64,000 nucleotides of DNA from Rhynchobatus australiae (lineage: Eukaryota). The position numbers and the translations under genes are program-made. This document shows positions 38,376-51,991 of the stretch, piece by piece; the stretch's first letter is position 1, and the number at the start of each line of letters is the position of its first letter. Below the pieces are notes generated by a model. That model ran no database searches, was not told the origin of the DNA, and worked only from the letters and a program-made list of their open reading frames with translations. The DNA is taken from assembly GCA_034780895.1 (NCBI GenBank), contig JAUZTB010000118.1, positions 26,893,926-26,957,925 of the forward strand, read 5' to 3'.

Positions 38376-39904
38376 TGAGAAATGGCGGAAGCAGGTGCTC
38401 TCACAATATTTAAGAATTGTCTCTACATGCACATGAACCACTAAGGTAGAGTAGGTTATGGATCAAGTGCTAGTCAGTAGAGAAAATATAGATGGGTACT
38501 CGATGGTCGGCATAAACAATGGGCTGAAGGGCCTGTTTCTGCTATTTCTGTGGTGTATGAGGATGATTCTGTTCCTTTTCAACGGATTTCTGACAAGTGT
38601 GGCACTCCCTCAAGGCAAGACTAAAATGTTCCTTTCATTTTTGTAGTTTCTAGATTGGAGGCCAAATCCAAAACATTTGACTTGGAGATCTCTCTGAACC
38701 CTGGCTGTCTGCCCAGATACTGTCATCTGGTTTGGTCCACAAACCTTGAAAATTTGTTTTGCAGATTTAAATGTGTTGCAGGAAGCAGAGAATGCTGACA
38801 AGTTGGTGAATTCTCCTTAATGATAACAACCCACCTTCCTGTCATATGGAGATCAGTGGAGCTGAAGCTGAGGCTATTTCTTGGACACAGGAGACTTAGC
38901 CAAGACAGTTAGTGAGGGCTTTGACAAAATTGGGGAGGTGAACCTGCTTTCAGTGGCAGGCAAAGACCAAAGCCACATGGATTAAACAAAAATGGCAGCA
39001 GATCCAGAGGAAATGCTTTTGAGACAGTAGTTTCCACCCTGCACTTACTGTCCAAGGTGGGAGTCAAAACAGATTCAAAGAAAATTCAAAGAGAATTAGC
39101 TATAAACAGTGTAAGGATAAAGCTTGTAGGAAAAGCTTGTAACTGATTAGGTAGCTCATTCAAAGAGATAGCACACGTATAAAATGCCAAATGTCTCCTA
39201 CAAATGGGGTACAATCCTTATAGGTTGACCCGGTGTAGAGTTTCAAACTACTAATCTGATTTTGTTACAGTCCCAAGAATTATCTAGCTAACGGACCACA
39301 CACTCAGCACCTACCTGGGGTCAAACCTGGCACGTTGGGCACTCTGTGGCATATTGAGACCTCAGCTTTTGACAATGAATTCCAAAGGCTGTCCCAGAAC
39401 AAAGGACTGATGAATGAAACCATGATCAGGGAAATTCTTAGGTCCCCAAACAATGACACAGGGATACAATTCCACCAAAACAGACCACCCCCCTCCCCCA
39501 ACCAGGTAAACTTGTTCCCCACATCCAACCTGTTGAGTCCTTTGAATTTATTATCTCTTTTTTATATTTCCAAGAAATCCCCTTTGAAACATGTGAATTC
39601 AGGCTTAGATTATTAAAGCTCTCCTTATGCAACAATTCCGCCATCCCACAAATCTGTCTGACAGACACTCACTCTCTGGCAAGTATGTCCTCTCTTAGGT
39701 AAGGAGACTAAAACTGTACACATTACTCCAGGTGTGGTCTCACCATGCCATGTATAACTGTAGCAAGACATCTTTGTTCGTGCAGTCCCAGATCAAGACA
39801 ATAGCTTGATTTCACAGGGAGAAAATATTTAATAAAAGAAAGCAGCTGACATTGTAAGACAATCAAAAGTTAAGCATTCTACAATGATAGTTTTAATTCT
39901 TCAT

Positions 39905-40230
39905 ATTCATAGATTCATAGATTTATACAACACACAAATAGGCCCTTCAGCCCAACTCATCCATACCAATCAAGATGCCCATCTAAACTAATCCCATTTG
40001 CCTGTGTTTGGCCTATATCCTTCTCAACTTTCTCCATCTATGTATCTGTCCAAATGTTTTTTAAATGTAATTGTTTCTGCTTCTACCACCTCCTCTGGCA
40101 GTTTATTCCATATACCCCCCACCCTGTGTGTGAAAAACTTGCCTCTCAGATCTCCTTTAAATATTTTCCCTCTCACCTTAGATTCCCCTACCCTGGGAAA
40201 AAGACTATGACTATCTACGCTATCCATACC
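39905..40230 (-). mobile_element. CR1 LINE 3' end
   Basis: ORF 40024..40227 (FKGDLRGKFFTHRVGGIWNKLPEEVVEAETITFKKHLD) is a CR1 ORF2 C-terminus, with an (attcatag)n tail. Confidence 0.85.
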
Positions 40231-42339
40231 ACTATCACGGTCCCAGTTAGTGATACTTTGATGAAAGCGACAAAGAAAAAAAAATTGAAGATCTTCTGCA
40301 GAGCCAAGAGAGTAGATGTCACCAGTTCAGTTGCTGCGCAGGTCTTGCTGATCAAAATGTGGTCAGCACCAATGCCACTGCTTTGAAATCTCTGCGTATT
40401 ANNNNNNNNNNGCCTTGGCTTCGGGGATGGGGTGGGAGGGGCAGAAAGGCAGGCAGGATTGAACTTGGTTGGAAAATGTGTGCTGTACAGTTGCTGGGTA
40501 ACAAAAGAAAAATCAGGCTTGGCCACAATGCTCTGCCCAGGCGTTGTGGGCCTCCCCTTCAGTATCACTCTTCTGGAATTAATATAAAGGTGTCACATGA
40601 CTCTGACAGTTGGCATTTACACTGACAAATGCTGGTGCTGCAAAACTGAATGGAAATTGAACAGAACCATCAGATGAGATTAACAGAGAAAATGATTCAA
40701 GTATTTTATGTTCAGGCACTTCCAAAGTGCTTCATTAGACTTCTCCTTTGTTATTACTCCCAGATAGTCTACTCCATTTAATATATGTTTCCTGCACAGA
40801 TTTATTACTCTGTTCTCCTAACTTTCCTTTTAAGCTAGAGTTTCTGCTAATTACAGTTATTCTTCTTACTCACACATTGCTAACTATTTACAAATGCATT
40901 TCATTTTTGTGTGTTCTGGCCATGCTTATTACAGCCACCAATTTATCAAACTGCTGAATTACTGCAAACTACTTTGGCAAAGGCAGTGGTGACTCACTGA
41001 CAAACATCTTTTGTGTAAACTTAATAACGGGTGGGGAATATTAGTTTGTCCGCTAGTAATTATTATTCAGGTCCAGCAATTCTGCTTTAAGTCACAAAGG
41101 ACCGGTATTTAAAACTTGGCTGTACAACATACAAGTGCTGTTCTTGGGTTGTCAAAGCTTCTTTGTGTTAAAGCAATTTTTCTGAAGTAGAAATAATATA
41201 TTGTTCACCAGATTTTGGCATTAGTCATAGTTAACATCATTTAAAATATTTTTTAAAAGTCACCATTATTAATAAATTGCTTTACATAGCATTGATTCAT
41301 GTGTTCCACTCTATTAGTGAACAAGTAGTCTCCGAACCTGTTAGTGAGTTGAGGCAGTGCATCGTTTAAGGGAGTATTTTCAGCAGGATGGTGTGTTTAC
41401 AGGCAGAAATTTAAACAGATTGATTCGCGAGCATAATGCAACTTGGTGCTTGACAGCCACCCCTCTGTGAGTGTGAGTATTTTTATGTTAGGACACAGTG
41501 GGGTCTTCAGACAGAAGCTTTCAGTTGAGGATCCAGTTGCTAAGCAGTTTACAAGTAACACTGTGAGGAAAGGTTATTTCAGATGTGCTGTTGCCCAGCC
41601 AGGCTGGTTACAGATACTGGTATCCGTAGCAGCTTAAGTAAAAATAAACTAATGCCAATCACAGATTGCCACATATGATGTCAAACTCAATCATCCCCAC
41701 ATAAGATGATAATGTCCTTTTAATATTTTTAGAACCAGATTTCATCTTGACTAACTGCTCATAAACTCAGCTTCAAAATCAACAGGGACAGTACTAAAAC
41801 AGCATAACTACATCCTAAAAACAGATCATGTTCGTCTTCCAGTCAAAACAATGGGATTGAAGCCATAGCTAGCAAAATAAATAAGCTTCACTAGGGGGAA
41901 TAAAGTCAGAAGTTAAACTGGTGTACTTGATGGAACCAAGATTCAATCTATCATACTCCATAACCAATCTTAATGACTCCTTAAACTTTTGCCCTTTCCA
42001 TCTTGAAGATTACTTTAATTAGATGCCTCCATTTAGTGAAATAAACCCAGTAAGGTCAAAGAAATCAATATCTTGCAAGGAGTCATCACTTAGAGAGAGA
42101 CCTTCACATTGCACTCAATCTCATTTAACACTCTATGCACTGAGTACCTACATCAGTTGCTGAAATATAACCAACAGTTCTGTTTTCTCCTAATTCTAAA
42201 TATTTCTGCTTTGATGCCCCTGTATTATCTCATGAAATCATTTTTATTGATAATTGCAGAACAAAATAGGCCAATTTTAATACAATTATAATAGACCACA
42301 AGGTAATTATTAATATTATAGAGTAATATAGAAACACAA

Positions 42340-43530
42340 AATTAAGGACACATGGGGTTGAAGTGACATATTTGTATGTATAAAGGATTGGTTAAGAGAC
42401 AAGAATCAGTGCAAAGATAAATGTATGGTTTTCAGGTTGGCAGACTGTTACTAGTGTGATGTCACAGAGTCAGATATAAGCTATTCATAATATATACTAA
42501 TGGCTTTGATAAAGAAAGTGTTATATATCCAGATTTGCTGATGATTTAAAGCTAGATGGGAAAATGCACTGTGAGGAGGATGCAAAGTGTCTGCAAATGG
42601 ATGCAAAAAGATTAAGCCTATGGGCAAAGAGATGGCAGATGGACAAGGTGGACACCCTGCCAATGCACTGGTATGATACGACATTGTCCAATTTAATAGG
42701 AATGACAGAGACTGAAGTTTTTAAATAATAGTATATAGATCAATTCTGGTGTGCTGGTTCATGGGAAGCAGAGGGTGATCATGCAGGTACAGCCAGCAAT
42801 TAGGAAGGTGCATAGTTTATTGGCCTTTATTTCACTGGTTGGATTGGAAAAGCAATGAAGAGTTGTTGAGATAAAAAGACAAAATGCTGGCAACACTCAG
42901 ACTAATGTCTCTGATCTGAAATGTTGGCTCTATTTCTCTTCCACAGATGCAGACTGACCAGCTGAGTGTTCCCAGCATTTTCTGCTTCTGTTTCAAATCA
43001 CCAACATCTGCAGTTTTTTTTGTATTTCAACAATTACTGAGATTGTGCAAAGCTTCAGTGAGACTTCATTTGGAGTATTGTGTGCAGTTTTGGTCTCCAT
43101 GTCCAAAGATCGATTTGCTTGAGTTACTGTCAGTGCAACATGGGAAGTACTAGATTGATTTCTGGGATGAGGGAGGTTGTTCAATGAGGAGAGATTATGT
43201 GGGACTAGCCATACTCACTGAGGCTAAGAGAAATGAAGTGTGATCTCAAGCAGGCAAACAAGATTTTGACAAACAAAATCAGTTCACTCTTTCTGGAGAT
43301 TCTCACAATCTCAGAATGAAGGACTGGCTATATGGCATTGAAATAAGGAGAATTAATTAATGCCACAGGTCGTAAATTTTTGTATTTTTCAGGCTGAGAT
43401 TTTTTGAACAGCAATGAAATAGGGTGATATGGGGATTGGATGGGGCAGTGATCCCGAGTCTTTTTATGGAGTGGTAAAACAGATTTGAGAGGCCATTTTA
43501 CCTATTCCAGCTTCCAATTCTAATGTTCTT
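42340..43530 (+). mobile_element. Decayed CR1 LINE interrupted by a PLE end
   Basis: VRLHLEYCVQFWSPC in ORF 42947..43153; upstream RT-like remnants (actagtgtgatgtcacag, tccagatttgctgatga); CR1-type tail. Confidence 0.8.
42873..43033 (+). mobile_element. Older fold-back PLE end nested in a decayed CR1
   Basis: Inverted repeat aaaatgctggcaacactcag (42881-42900) / ctgagtgttcccagcatttt (42962-42981). Partial hammerhead ctgatctgaaatgttg. Degenerate TSD ttgttgagat / ttactgagat. Confidence 0.7.
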
Positions 43531-45194
43531 ATAAGGTCAAGAGTATGGCCAATCTGACATCTGTATGTTCCATTAACCATTATTACCCCTATGATTTTTC
43601 ATTATCTTTAAAAGAAATCTGATTTTCATTAGATTTATTGAGTAACTGTAACTTTAGTCTTCTGGATTTAAGTGTCCTCTTTAAACTCTGAGTACACAGT
43701 AATGCCCATCTCAGTGCACTGCCAAGATCAGCGAGGATCCTTGTTATGGGTGTGCTGTACTTGGAAACACCTTTGAAGCAGTATCCAAGTAAATGAAGAA
43801 CACAGCCCCTTTCAACTACTATTTTAAAAAAAGCAAAAGAAAAAGTTTCATCAGTTGAATGCTCCATATTTGATTTTAATTCTGGATGTCATTCTGGATG
43901 TCAGTTGACGTTAGATATGGCACTTAAAGAACTAATCACCTGTTAAAAAGCTATCTAATCTTGCTTGCCCAGCCAAGCAGGATATTTGCAGTCAAATGTA
44001 ACACAATATTAACACTGGAAACACAACAAACATTATAATACAATAATGCAACATTTGAATATTATGGAGTTTGATCCTATAAACAGTTTGTGTAATATGT
44101 ATATACAGTATCTCAGCTCAGTTTTCTCAAGTTGCAATGAAACGTATTTGTATAGAAAAAAGGTCCAATTGGGAAAATCCTTAGAGTGAGCAAAACTCCA
44201 TGGCCTAATTTCATTATAAGACACTCAATGGGCTGCCAGTGCACTATCTGTGTCAACTATACCATGAATTTGTGATATTTGTTCTTACTAATCAGCTTCT
44301 GAAAAATGCACTGCTTGGCTGTGGAACTTACCTTCTTGCTGGGTCCTGAATGTGATTCATATTGTGGTATACATATAAATAGTGTGTTATAACTGCATTT
44401 AAGTTGCTGCCTCAATAGCTGAAAGTATACAGTCTATTTTTAACAAAGGTTAACCCTAATGCTAATAGAGTCAGAGGAATACAGCACGGAACCAGGCCCC
44501 TCGGCCCAACTGGTCCACGCTGACCAAGATTCCCATCTAAGCTTGTCCCATTTGCCTGCGAACGCATTGCTTTGGGAGTAAACTTTGGTCCTTGACATCC
44601 TTTCTGATGGTGACCATGGTAACCGCTTCCCCTTTATCCTTCCTGACCTATCTTCAGCTTTCAACAGGATTATCCACATTGATTCTGTGCTGTTCCTCCA
44701 TCTTTTTGCTGGGTTGAACTGCTGTAGCCTGGATCCATCCCTGTTTGGCCACTAGTAGCAAGGAAATCTCTGGCAATTACTTCATGACTGTGACAGTACT
44801 GCTCTCTCACAAGTGATCACTGACCCTCTCCTTTCTATTTCTCAGCTACGCATTATCCCACGCAACATCAGCAAAAATCCAACACGAGGTTCTGCGTCTA
44901 TGTTGACGACAGCCAACTCTGCTATACCTCCACCTCACTCAAGGTCTCTGTTCTCTAATTTGTCATGCAGTTAGTCCATAAAAGCAGTATTGGAAGGTTA
45001 GAAATTTCCTCTAATTGGGAAGACTAAACCCATTGTCATAATTCCCAACACAACCTCTGTTCCCTGGACACTGATCCATCCTCTCCCTGGTCACTGTCTG
45101 AGAATGAAGCAGACTGTTTGTCCCTTAAAAAAAAGTCAGAACATGTTGATACTACTCTGGGTATTTTCAGCATATCTATTTTTGGATGTGCCTG

Positions 45195-45650
45195 TGATGT
45201 ACTGGACTCGGCCCAATACATCACTGGCACATCCCTCCCCACCATCAGAAGAATCTACATAAGGCGCTGCCTCAAGAAGGCAACATGTCTCATCAAAGAT
45301 CCCCACAATCCAGGTGACACCATCTTCTCACAGATACCATGGAACAGAAGGCTGAAGTCTCACACCACCAGTTCGTGAACAGCTACTTCCCTTCAACCAT
45401 TCGGTTCTTGAACCAACCTGCATAACCCTAATCACTACCTCAGGAGAGCAACACTATGACCACTGTGCGCTACAATGGACTGGTTTTTATTGTTCTAATT
45501 GTGTTCTTTCTTATATAATTTTGTATAATTTATGTTTAATTTATGTTTTTCTTGTGAATGCTGTGTCTCTGATGCTATGTACCTGTGATGTTGCTGCAAG
45601 TAAGTTTTTCATTGCACCTGTGCATAAGACAATAAACTCGACTTTGACTC
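45195..45650 (+). mobile_element. Rex1/Babar-like LINE 3' end
   Basis: SAQYITGTSLPTIRRIYIRRCLKKATCLIKDPHNPG..LKSHTT, then aacagctacttcccttcaaccatt, with a 3' UTR ending caataaactcgactttgac. Confidence 0.8.
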
Positions 45651-46487
45651 TTTTCAGATTTCCAGCATCCATTGTTTACTGCTGCTTTTGTAGCCTTTGG
45701 CATGCGATTTGACTTTGACATTATCTTCAAAGCCCTCAGGCATCCAATCACACAGAACACCCACTGTCCTGTCCATAACACCAGCACCTCTGCCTTGGAT
45801 TCAGCTCATTGGTGCTGAAATCTTCCTCATGTTTTTACTGCTAGACTAGACTAGACTACTGTAGTGCCTTCCAGGACAGTAGTCAACATGTATGCTCTGT
45901 AAATCTCACATTCATCCAAAATTTCCCAATTTTAGCTCACAGTCAGCATTACCTTGTGCTCACTGACAAGCCCAGGTTCCTGGTCTTGTAGTACACATAT
46001 GTCTCTTTGACTTTCAGCACTCTGCCACTGGCCTTTGGCTACATAGACCCTACGAAGATCTGGAATTCACAATGTTTTACTACATGAATAGCACTCACAG
46101 TGCTATATAAATGTATGTTATTGTAATGTAGCAATTTGAAGCTCCCTGGGCTCCAGATGTCATTCACTCGTAGTATCAACTTCATCAGGAGGAAAATGTT
46201 TGCTGTTGTTGTGGCTCATCTTTTTTTAGTGACGTTATCTGTAGATGTGGATGCTTTCAGTGGGAAAGTTACATAAAAACTCCTTCACATACAGCTACAA
46301 TCTTATTGTGGCCAAGTCCTTTCAATATGATGAATCATCATCTTAATTTATAATACCAGCTTTAGTATGTCACTTGGCATGGAGCATAAATTATATTTCA
46401 TCTCTATTTATGTCCAAGTGTTTGTGGAAGTACACCAGTAATCAGTGTTATATATCACAACGCATCAAGCTCACTCCAAGAACTAAC

Positions 46488-46606
46488 CTTGATCCCTTTC
46501 ATGCCATGTTCTGCTGACACTTGTAGGTGAGCTGGGAGATGGATAGAATTCTCCAGCTGGACTGGTGTCTATGCTGTCATCAATAGAGATGGTCTTAGGC
46601 CGTTTG
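46488..46606 (-). CDS. NFIB: NFIB exon 6 equivalent, 119 nt: [39 protein letters not shown]
   Basis: Acceptor tttattttccag, donor gttagt. Matches recalled [44 protein letters not shown]. Phase 2-1. Confidence 0.96.
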
Positions 46607-48179
46607 CTGGAAAATAAATACATAATTCAGATTAAGGTGCGGTGCTAAAACTGTCAATTCTCTTTGAAATAATATCAGCACATCTTGCAAAATTCAGCTT
46701 TAAACATTGTCGATAAAATGTTAGAGTGCCCTCAAGGAAAATGGGATATTTTCACGTTGTCTCCTCGTCCCAAATATTGGCAGTGAATTTACGAACAGTT
46801 AAAGAATGCTCCTATTACTGACCCTGTAAGATGCTCACCACAGATACTGTATCTAGAGACCTCTGTGGTAAGCACTTTCCCTTTCTGATGCCTTTTGTTG
46901 CCATCTGGCAAACTGGCTGAGCAACCAATCATGTCACAGATTTGGTACAGAACGCAAATCAGGAAGGAAAAAGCCCAATTTTTAATTAACTTGTTAAACA
47001 TATAAAGAATGCCAAACAACTTTACACACATGAAAGCAGAAGCTGAAATAACAAGCACAATCTTTTTATAAATTTTTACAGTCCCATATATTCTGAAATG
47101 TTTATATGAAAGGATTACAACACATGTACAATAAATATAGTTTCTTCGCCAGCAATTGTGGATAAGTTCATGATGGAAACTAATGACACTAATGCAATAA
47201 TCATTTCCATGATATTTTGCAATGAAAATAGTTTGTAACTAGATTAAATTCAGGCCAATTCAATGATTCATTTGACTGAGGTGGAGAAGACCATATGCAA
47301 CAGTCTGTGGAGTGACAATGAATCATTTATAGCAAGTTTGAGGTTTACATGTTAGACAAAAGCTGCAGAAAATATAAAGTTGCTCGCCCTCTTACAATGC
47401 AATGCTGGTGATCATTAATAGTTTCTCTGTTATCATTAACATAAAATCTGGGCAACTTCAGCGGAAGAACACCTGTATACTTGCTTATATATCTCATCAG
47501 TTTTATGAACAGTTAGACGTGGTCTGAAAACATTTTTGTCATGGGGTTTCATTCTCGCATAAGTCAAGCATTTACAATCAAGATAAGCCAGAACCTGTTG
47601 AGTTTTATGTGCCTGCTGCACTGGAGGATCCAGCACATCATGTCCCTGCTTTCCACCATGATGCAATTTGACCTCTTTCATTACTTCTATTTATATTATG
47701 TTTCTATGAACCAGACAGAGTACTCAGGAGCACCATCCATTGAACATTGCAGGTGTTTCTTATCTAAATTAATGTTACCTGCACAGAGAAATGTATCATC
47801 ACATCCCCATACTTATGAAGGACTTATCAACAATCATTAATCTCGATGGTTTACTGAGTTTTATATTTAAAATTGTTCTAAGTATGTAATTTCCTTTAGT
47901 GGACCCATTGATGGCACCTCACATTCAAATCTCCCGCATGTTCAAATCTCCCTCACACTCATTTCTCTCAGTTTCCAGATATTGCCAATGGTTTAACCAT
48001 GGCAGGTACGTCACCCGAACACCTTGTACGATAATCGCTAGCAGATATATCACTTTTCTACATAATCACATCTGGAGGAGCAAACCATGGCTCGAGCAGT
48101 TCCATCCATGTCCTCCATTCCCCTGGAACACAGTGTGTTAGCTGCTATCAGTCACCTGGACTGGATGGACTACACCCCA

Positions 48180-49715
48180 GGGGTTTGAAAGAGGCAGCTG
48201 AAGAGATCGTGGAGGCATTAGCAGTGATCTTTCAAGAATCGCTAGATTCAGGAATGGCTCCAGAGGACTGGAAATTTGCAAATATCGCTCCACTCTTTAA
48301 GAAGGGAGGGAGGCAAAAGACAGGGAGTTATAGGCCAGTTAGCCTGACTTCAGTTGTTGGTAAGATGTGAGAGTCCATTATTAAGGATGAGGTTTCAGAG
48401 TATTTGGAAACACATGATAAAATAGACCAAAGTCAGCATGGTTTCCTGAAGTGGAAATCTTGCCCAACAGATCTGTTGGAAATCTTTGAAGAAGCAATGG
48501 GCAGGATAGACAAAGAAGAGTCAGTGGATGTTGTTCACTTGGATTTTCAGAAGGTCATTGACAAGGTGCTGCACACGAGGCTGCTAAACAAGAAAGAAGC
48601 CCATGGTATTACAGGAAAGATACCAGCATGGATAGAAGATTGGCTGACCAGCAGGAGGCAAAGAGTGGGAATAAAGGGGGCCTTTTCTGGTTGGCTGCTG
48701 GTGACTAGTGGTGTTCCACAGGAGTCAGTGTTGGGTCCGCTAATTTTCATGTTATATGTTAATGATCTGGATGATGGAATTGATGGCTTTGTGGCCAAGT
48801 TTGCAGATGTTACAAAGATAGGTGGAGGGGCAGGTAGTGTCGAGGAAGCAGGGAGTCTGCAGAAAGACTTGGACAGGTTGGGAGAATGGGCAAAGAAATG
48901 GCAGATGGAATACAGTGTAGGGAAGTGTATGGTCATACACATTGGCAGAAGGAATAAAGACGTAGACAGTTTTCTAAATGGGGAGCAAATTCAGAAATCG
49001 GAAGTGCAAAGGGACTTGGGAGTCCTAGAGCAGGATTCCCTGAAGGTTAACTTGCAGATTGAGTCAGTAGTAAGGAAGGCAAATGCAATGTTAGCATTCA
49101 TTTTGAGAGGATGATAATATAAAAGCAAGGATGTGATACTGAGGCTTTATAAGGCATTGGTCAAATAACATTTGGAATATTGTGAACAGTCTTGGGCCCC
49201 ATATCTAAGGAAGAATGTGTTGGCATTGGAGACGGTCCCGGATCCTGGGGATGAAAGGGTTAACGTATGAGGAGCGTTGGATGACTCTGTGTCTGTACTT
49301 GCTGGAGTTTGGAAGTATGAGGGGGGATCTCATTGAAACCTACTGAATATTGAAAGTCCTGGATAGAGTGGACATAGAAAGGATGTTTCCAGTGGTGGAA
49401 GAGTCTGGGACCAGAGGGCACAGCCTCAGAGTAGAAGGACATCCCTTTAGAACAGAGCTGAGGAGGAATGTCTTTAGCCAGAGGGTGGTGAATCTGTAGA
49501 ATTCATTGACACAGATGGCTGTGGAGGCCAAGTCATTGGGTTTATTTAAAGCAGAGGTTGATAGGTTCTTGATTAGTAAGGGCATCAAAGATTACGGGGA
49601 GAAAGCAGGAGAATGGGGATGAGAGGGAAATATAAATCAGCCATAATCGAATGGTGGAGCAGACTTGATGGGCCGAATGGCCTAATTCTGGTCCTACGTC
49701 TTATTGTCTTATTGA
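48180..49715 (+). mobile_element. 5'-truncated CR1-clade LINE (RT domain plus 3' UTR), inactivated
   Basis: ORFs 48185..48370 and 48404..49114 show CR1 RT motifs (PEDWKFANIAPLFKKG, YRPVSLTS, SQHGF, LDFQKVIDKV, TSGVPQESVLGP, YVNDL, FADVTK). In-frame stops and frameshifts are present, FADD is changed to FADV, and there is a (tcttattg) tail. Confidence 0.95.
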
Positions 49716-51876
49716 AACAATTCATCCTCAGTCCTGAACAACTGACCAAGAAGATCCCTGTGAGTTTCTGCTTTTAGTAGCAGCATCTTTTCCACATTGC
49801 TTCTTGGTGAGATGAATAGAGAACTGTTTGCTGAAGATCGTTTCTGGATAGGATTTCCTTCTTAGAGCCATATCCCCATTTTGGCTTGACTGCCACCTCT
49901 GCAATGTTGCACACTCACAGAGGTGTCATCCACAGACCCCAAATGGCAGCATCAAGTTGAGGCAAGAGCATGGATGTATCTTCAGCCATAGCACTCACTC
50001 CCAATCTTTCAAACTCCAACGTTCTCTAATTATCAAGAAACCTAGCAAATCAATACAACCAACTCGCTGTCTAAACAATCATCACCAAACCTTCAAACTG
50101 ATTAATGGTTTCTTTAAAAAGGGAATTGAGTTGTGGGTTGATTTTGTGTGTTTGTTTGGGTAGGTGGGGTTCTGTCTACTGTTAACCACTGGGGTCTCTG
50201 TGTGAGAAACACATGTTGTTAGCTGGACTGTTGAGACAGTTTGGCAGCACTGATGTCAAGTCGGTTTTGAATGAAAAATAACATCAAAATCTGGCTACAT
50301 AACATATTTTTAGAATGTGTGAGCTACCACCCTTCCAAATGTGGCAAGTGCCGTGAGTCACACTAAAAATATGTGCAAACATCACGCTTGAATTTCTAGT
50401 CAAACTGGCATAATAGTGACCAAACAAGGGATGCAACATGACCTGATTGTGTAGTCATTGTCTTTTTGCAAAATTAGGTTTATTACAGTTAAAATAAATG
50501 ATGTCAACTGCCTTCCACTCAAAATTCTTTTGCAGATGTTTAAATTTTCAGTAGGATTTTACTATAATCCCCATATATCCATAATTTGTAAATGAATTCA
50601 GGTCCCTCATATTACAAATTTGTGCTGCATTTGATTTATAGCTGTTATTTGGAAAGCAGATTCTTCTTTATATATTTTAAATTTTTACAAAATATATTGA
50701 TGCACTTTTATATCTTGAAGTAACATTCCTTAATTTGTGCAACCTTCTATAGCATCAAAAAGGTTTAAGTATCACAGTAGAAACCAGTGTGCTTGTATCA
50801 TCATTTGTGGACATTTTATAAATACAAGACTCATTAAGTTTATTTGTTATAAACTTAAAACTGGTATAGACATTCATTACAATTCTACAGATATAAACCT
50901 TTCAAGGCAATTTCCTGGGATGGAGTAAATTACACTTTTGTTCTGCAAGCAGAAGTTTAATAGTATCAATCACAGCAGTGCAAATTGGCATTTGCCAAAA
51001 AGTTACATTTGTCCGTTTTAACTTCCTGTAAAGCTGGCGCCAAAATAACAGGGAAAATCTTTTAAGTCAGGGAAAATGGATGCGGAGGAGTGTGTTAGAG
51101 AATACATTTGGTTAAGAAAATGTACCTCTGGAAAGAAAAACAGTTAGCCAAAAGAAAAATATTATTGTGTTTCAACAGTTACATCTTTCTTCAAATATTC
51201 ATTCACTGAGTGTGATATTGCTGGTAAGGCTGGCACTTATTGTCTGCCCTCATCTTCATTGAGAAGATGGTAATGCCCCTTTCTTTGAAAGACAGTCTTA
51301 ATCCTGATAGGTTTTACAGATCTCTAGAAATGTCATGGCCATCAATAATTTAAATTCCCATCATGGGATTTGAACTTGAATCTCTGAGATTATTCGTCCA
51401 GATGATAACTATTTTGCTGCTGTTCCTTGCCGATATCAGGTAAAGATGAGAAGTTTATCCTCTGTGGTATGCATGAAATATTAGACTATGTATCTTGTAC
51501 ACTGCTACTGAAGATCAGTTCCTTTGAAGTCAATGGAGTTAAATTTCACATGCAGGATACAATGCACATACCAATAATATTATGCATTTAGCATATGTAA
51601 CCATGGATAAATTTCCACCAGTCCTGTGTCTTTGGGTCCTTATTGGGCTCTGGGCTACAAATTAATAGTGTTGAAGTGAGCATCTCTGTTCAGATAGGTA
51701 TAAGTTTCTTTTAACAAGTATTATTTCATAGAGAACTCTTATGACCAAATTATTCTACACTATGATGTTTTAATGAACAGGAGAGGGATCAAAACATAGA
51801 CCTTAGGATACATTTCCATATGTTACTTCAGGTATTGATGATTTAAATGAAAAATGTATTAAATCAAAGAAGTTAC

Positions 51877-51991
51877 CTGCCCGGTGGGGAAGACAGTGAC
51901 CTCTGTAGGCTGGAGTTTATGTCATGGTAGAATGGTTGGCTTTGAATCTCTGCAAGGTTGTAACTAATCCCACTTCCTTGTGTTATAGCCA
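51877..51991 (-). CDS. NFIB: NFIB exon 5 equivalent, 115 nt: (M)[37 protein letters not shown](S)
   Basis: Acceptor ttttatgctttcag, donor gtaact. Matches recalled [45 protein letters not shown]. Phase 1-2, in frame with neighbours. Confidence 0.95.

Noticed and set aside
48404-49114. 236-aa ORF, the longest in the track, as a host gene or active RT
   Set aside because: It is a truncated CR1 RT fragment bounded by stops, with the catalytic FADD mutated to FADV.
50985-50998. TTGGCATTTGCCAA as an NFI autoregulatory palindrome
   Set aside because: The spacer is 4 nt rather than the 5 nt required by the TTGGC(N5)GCCAA consensus.
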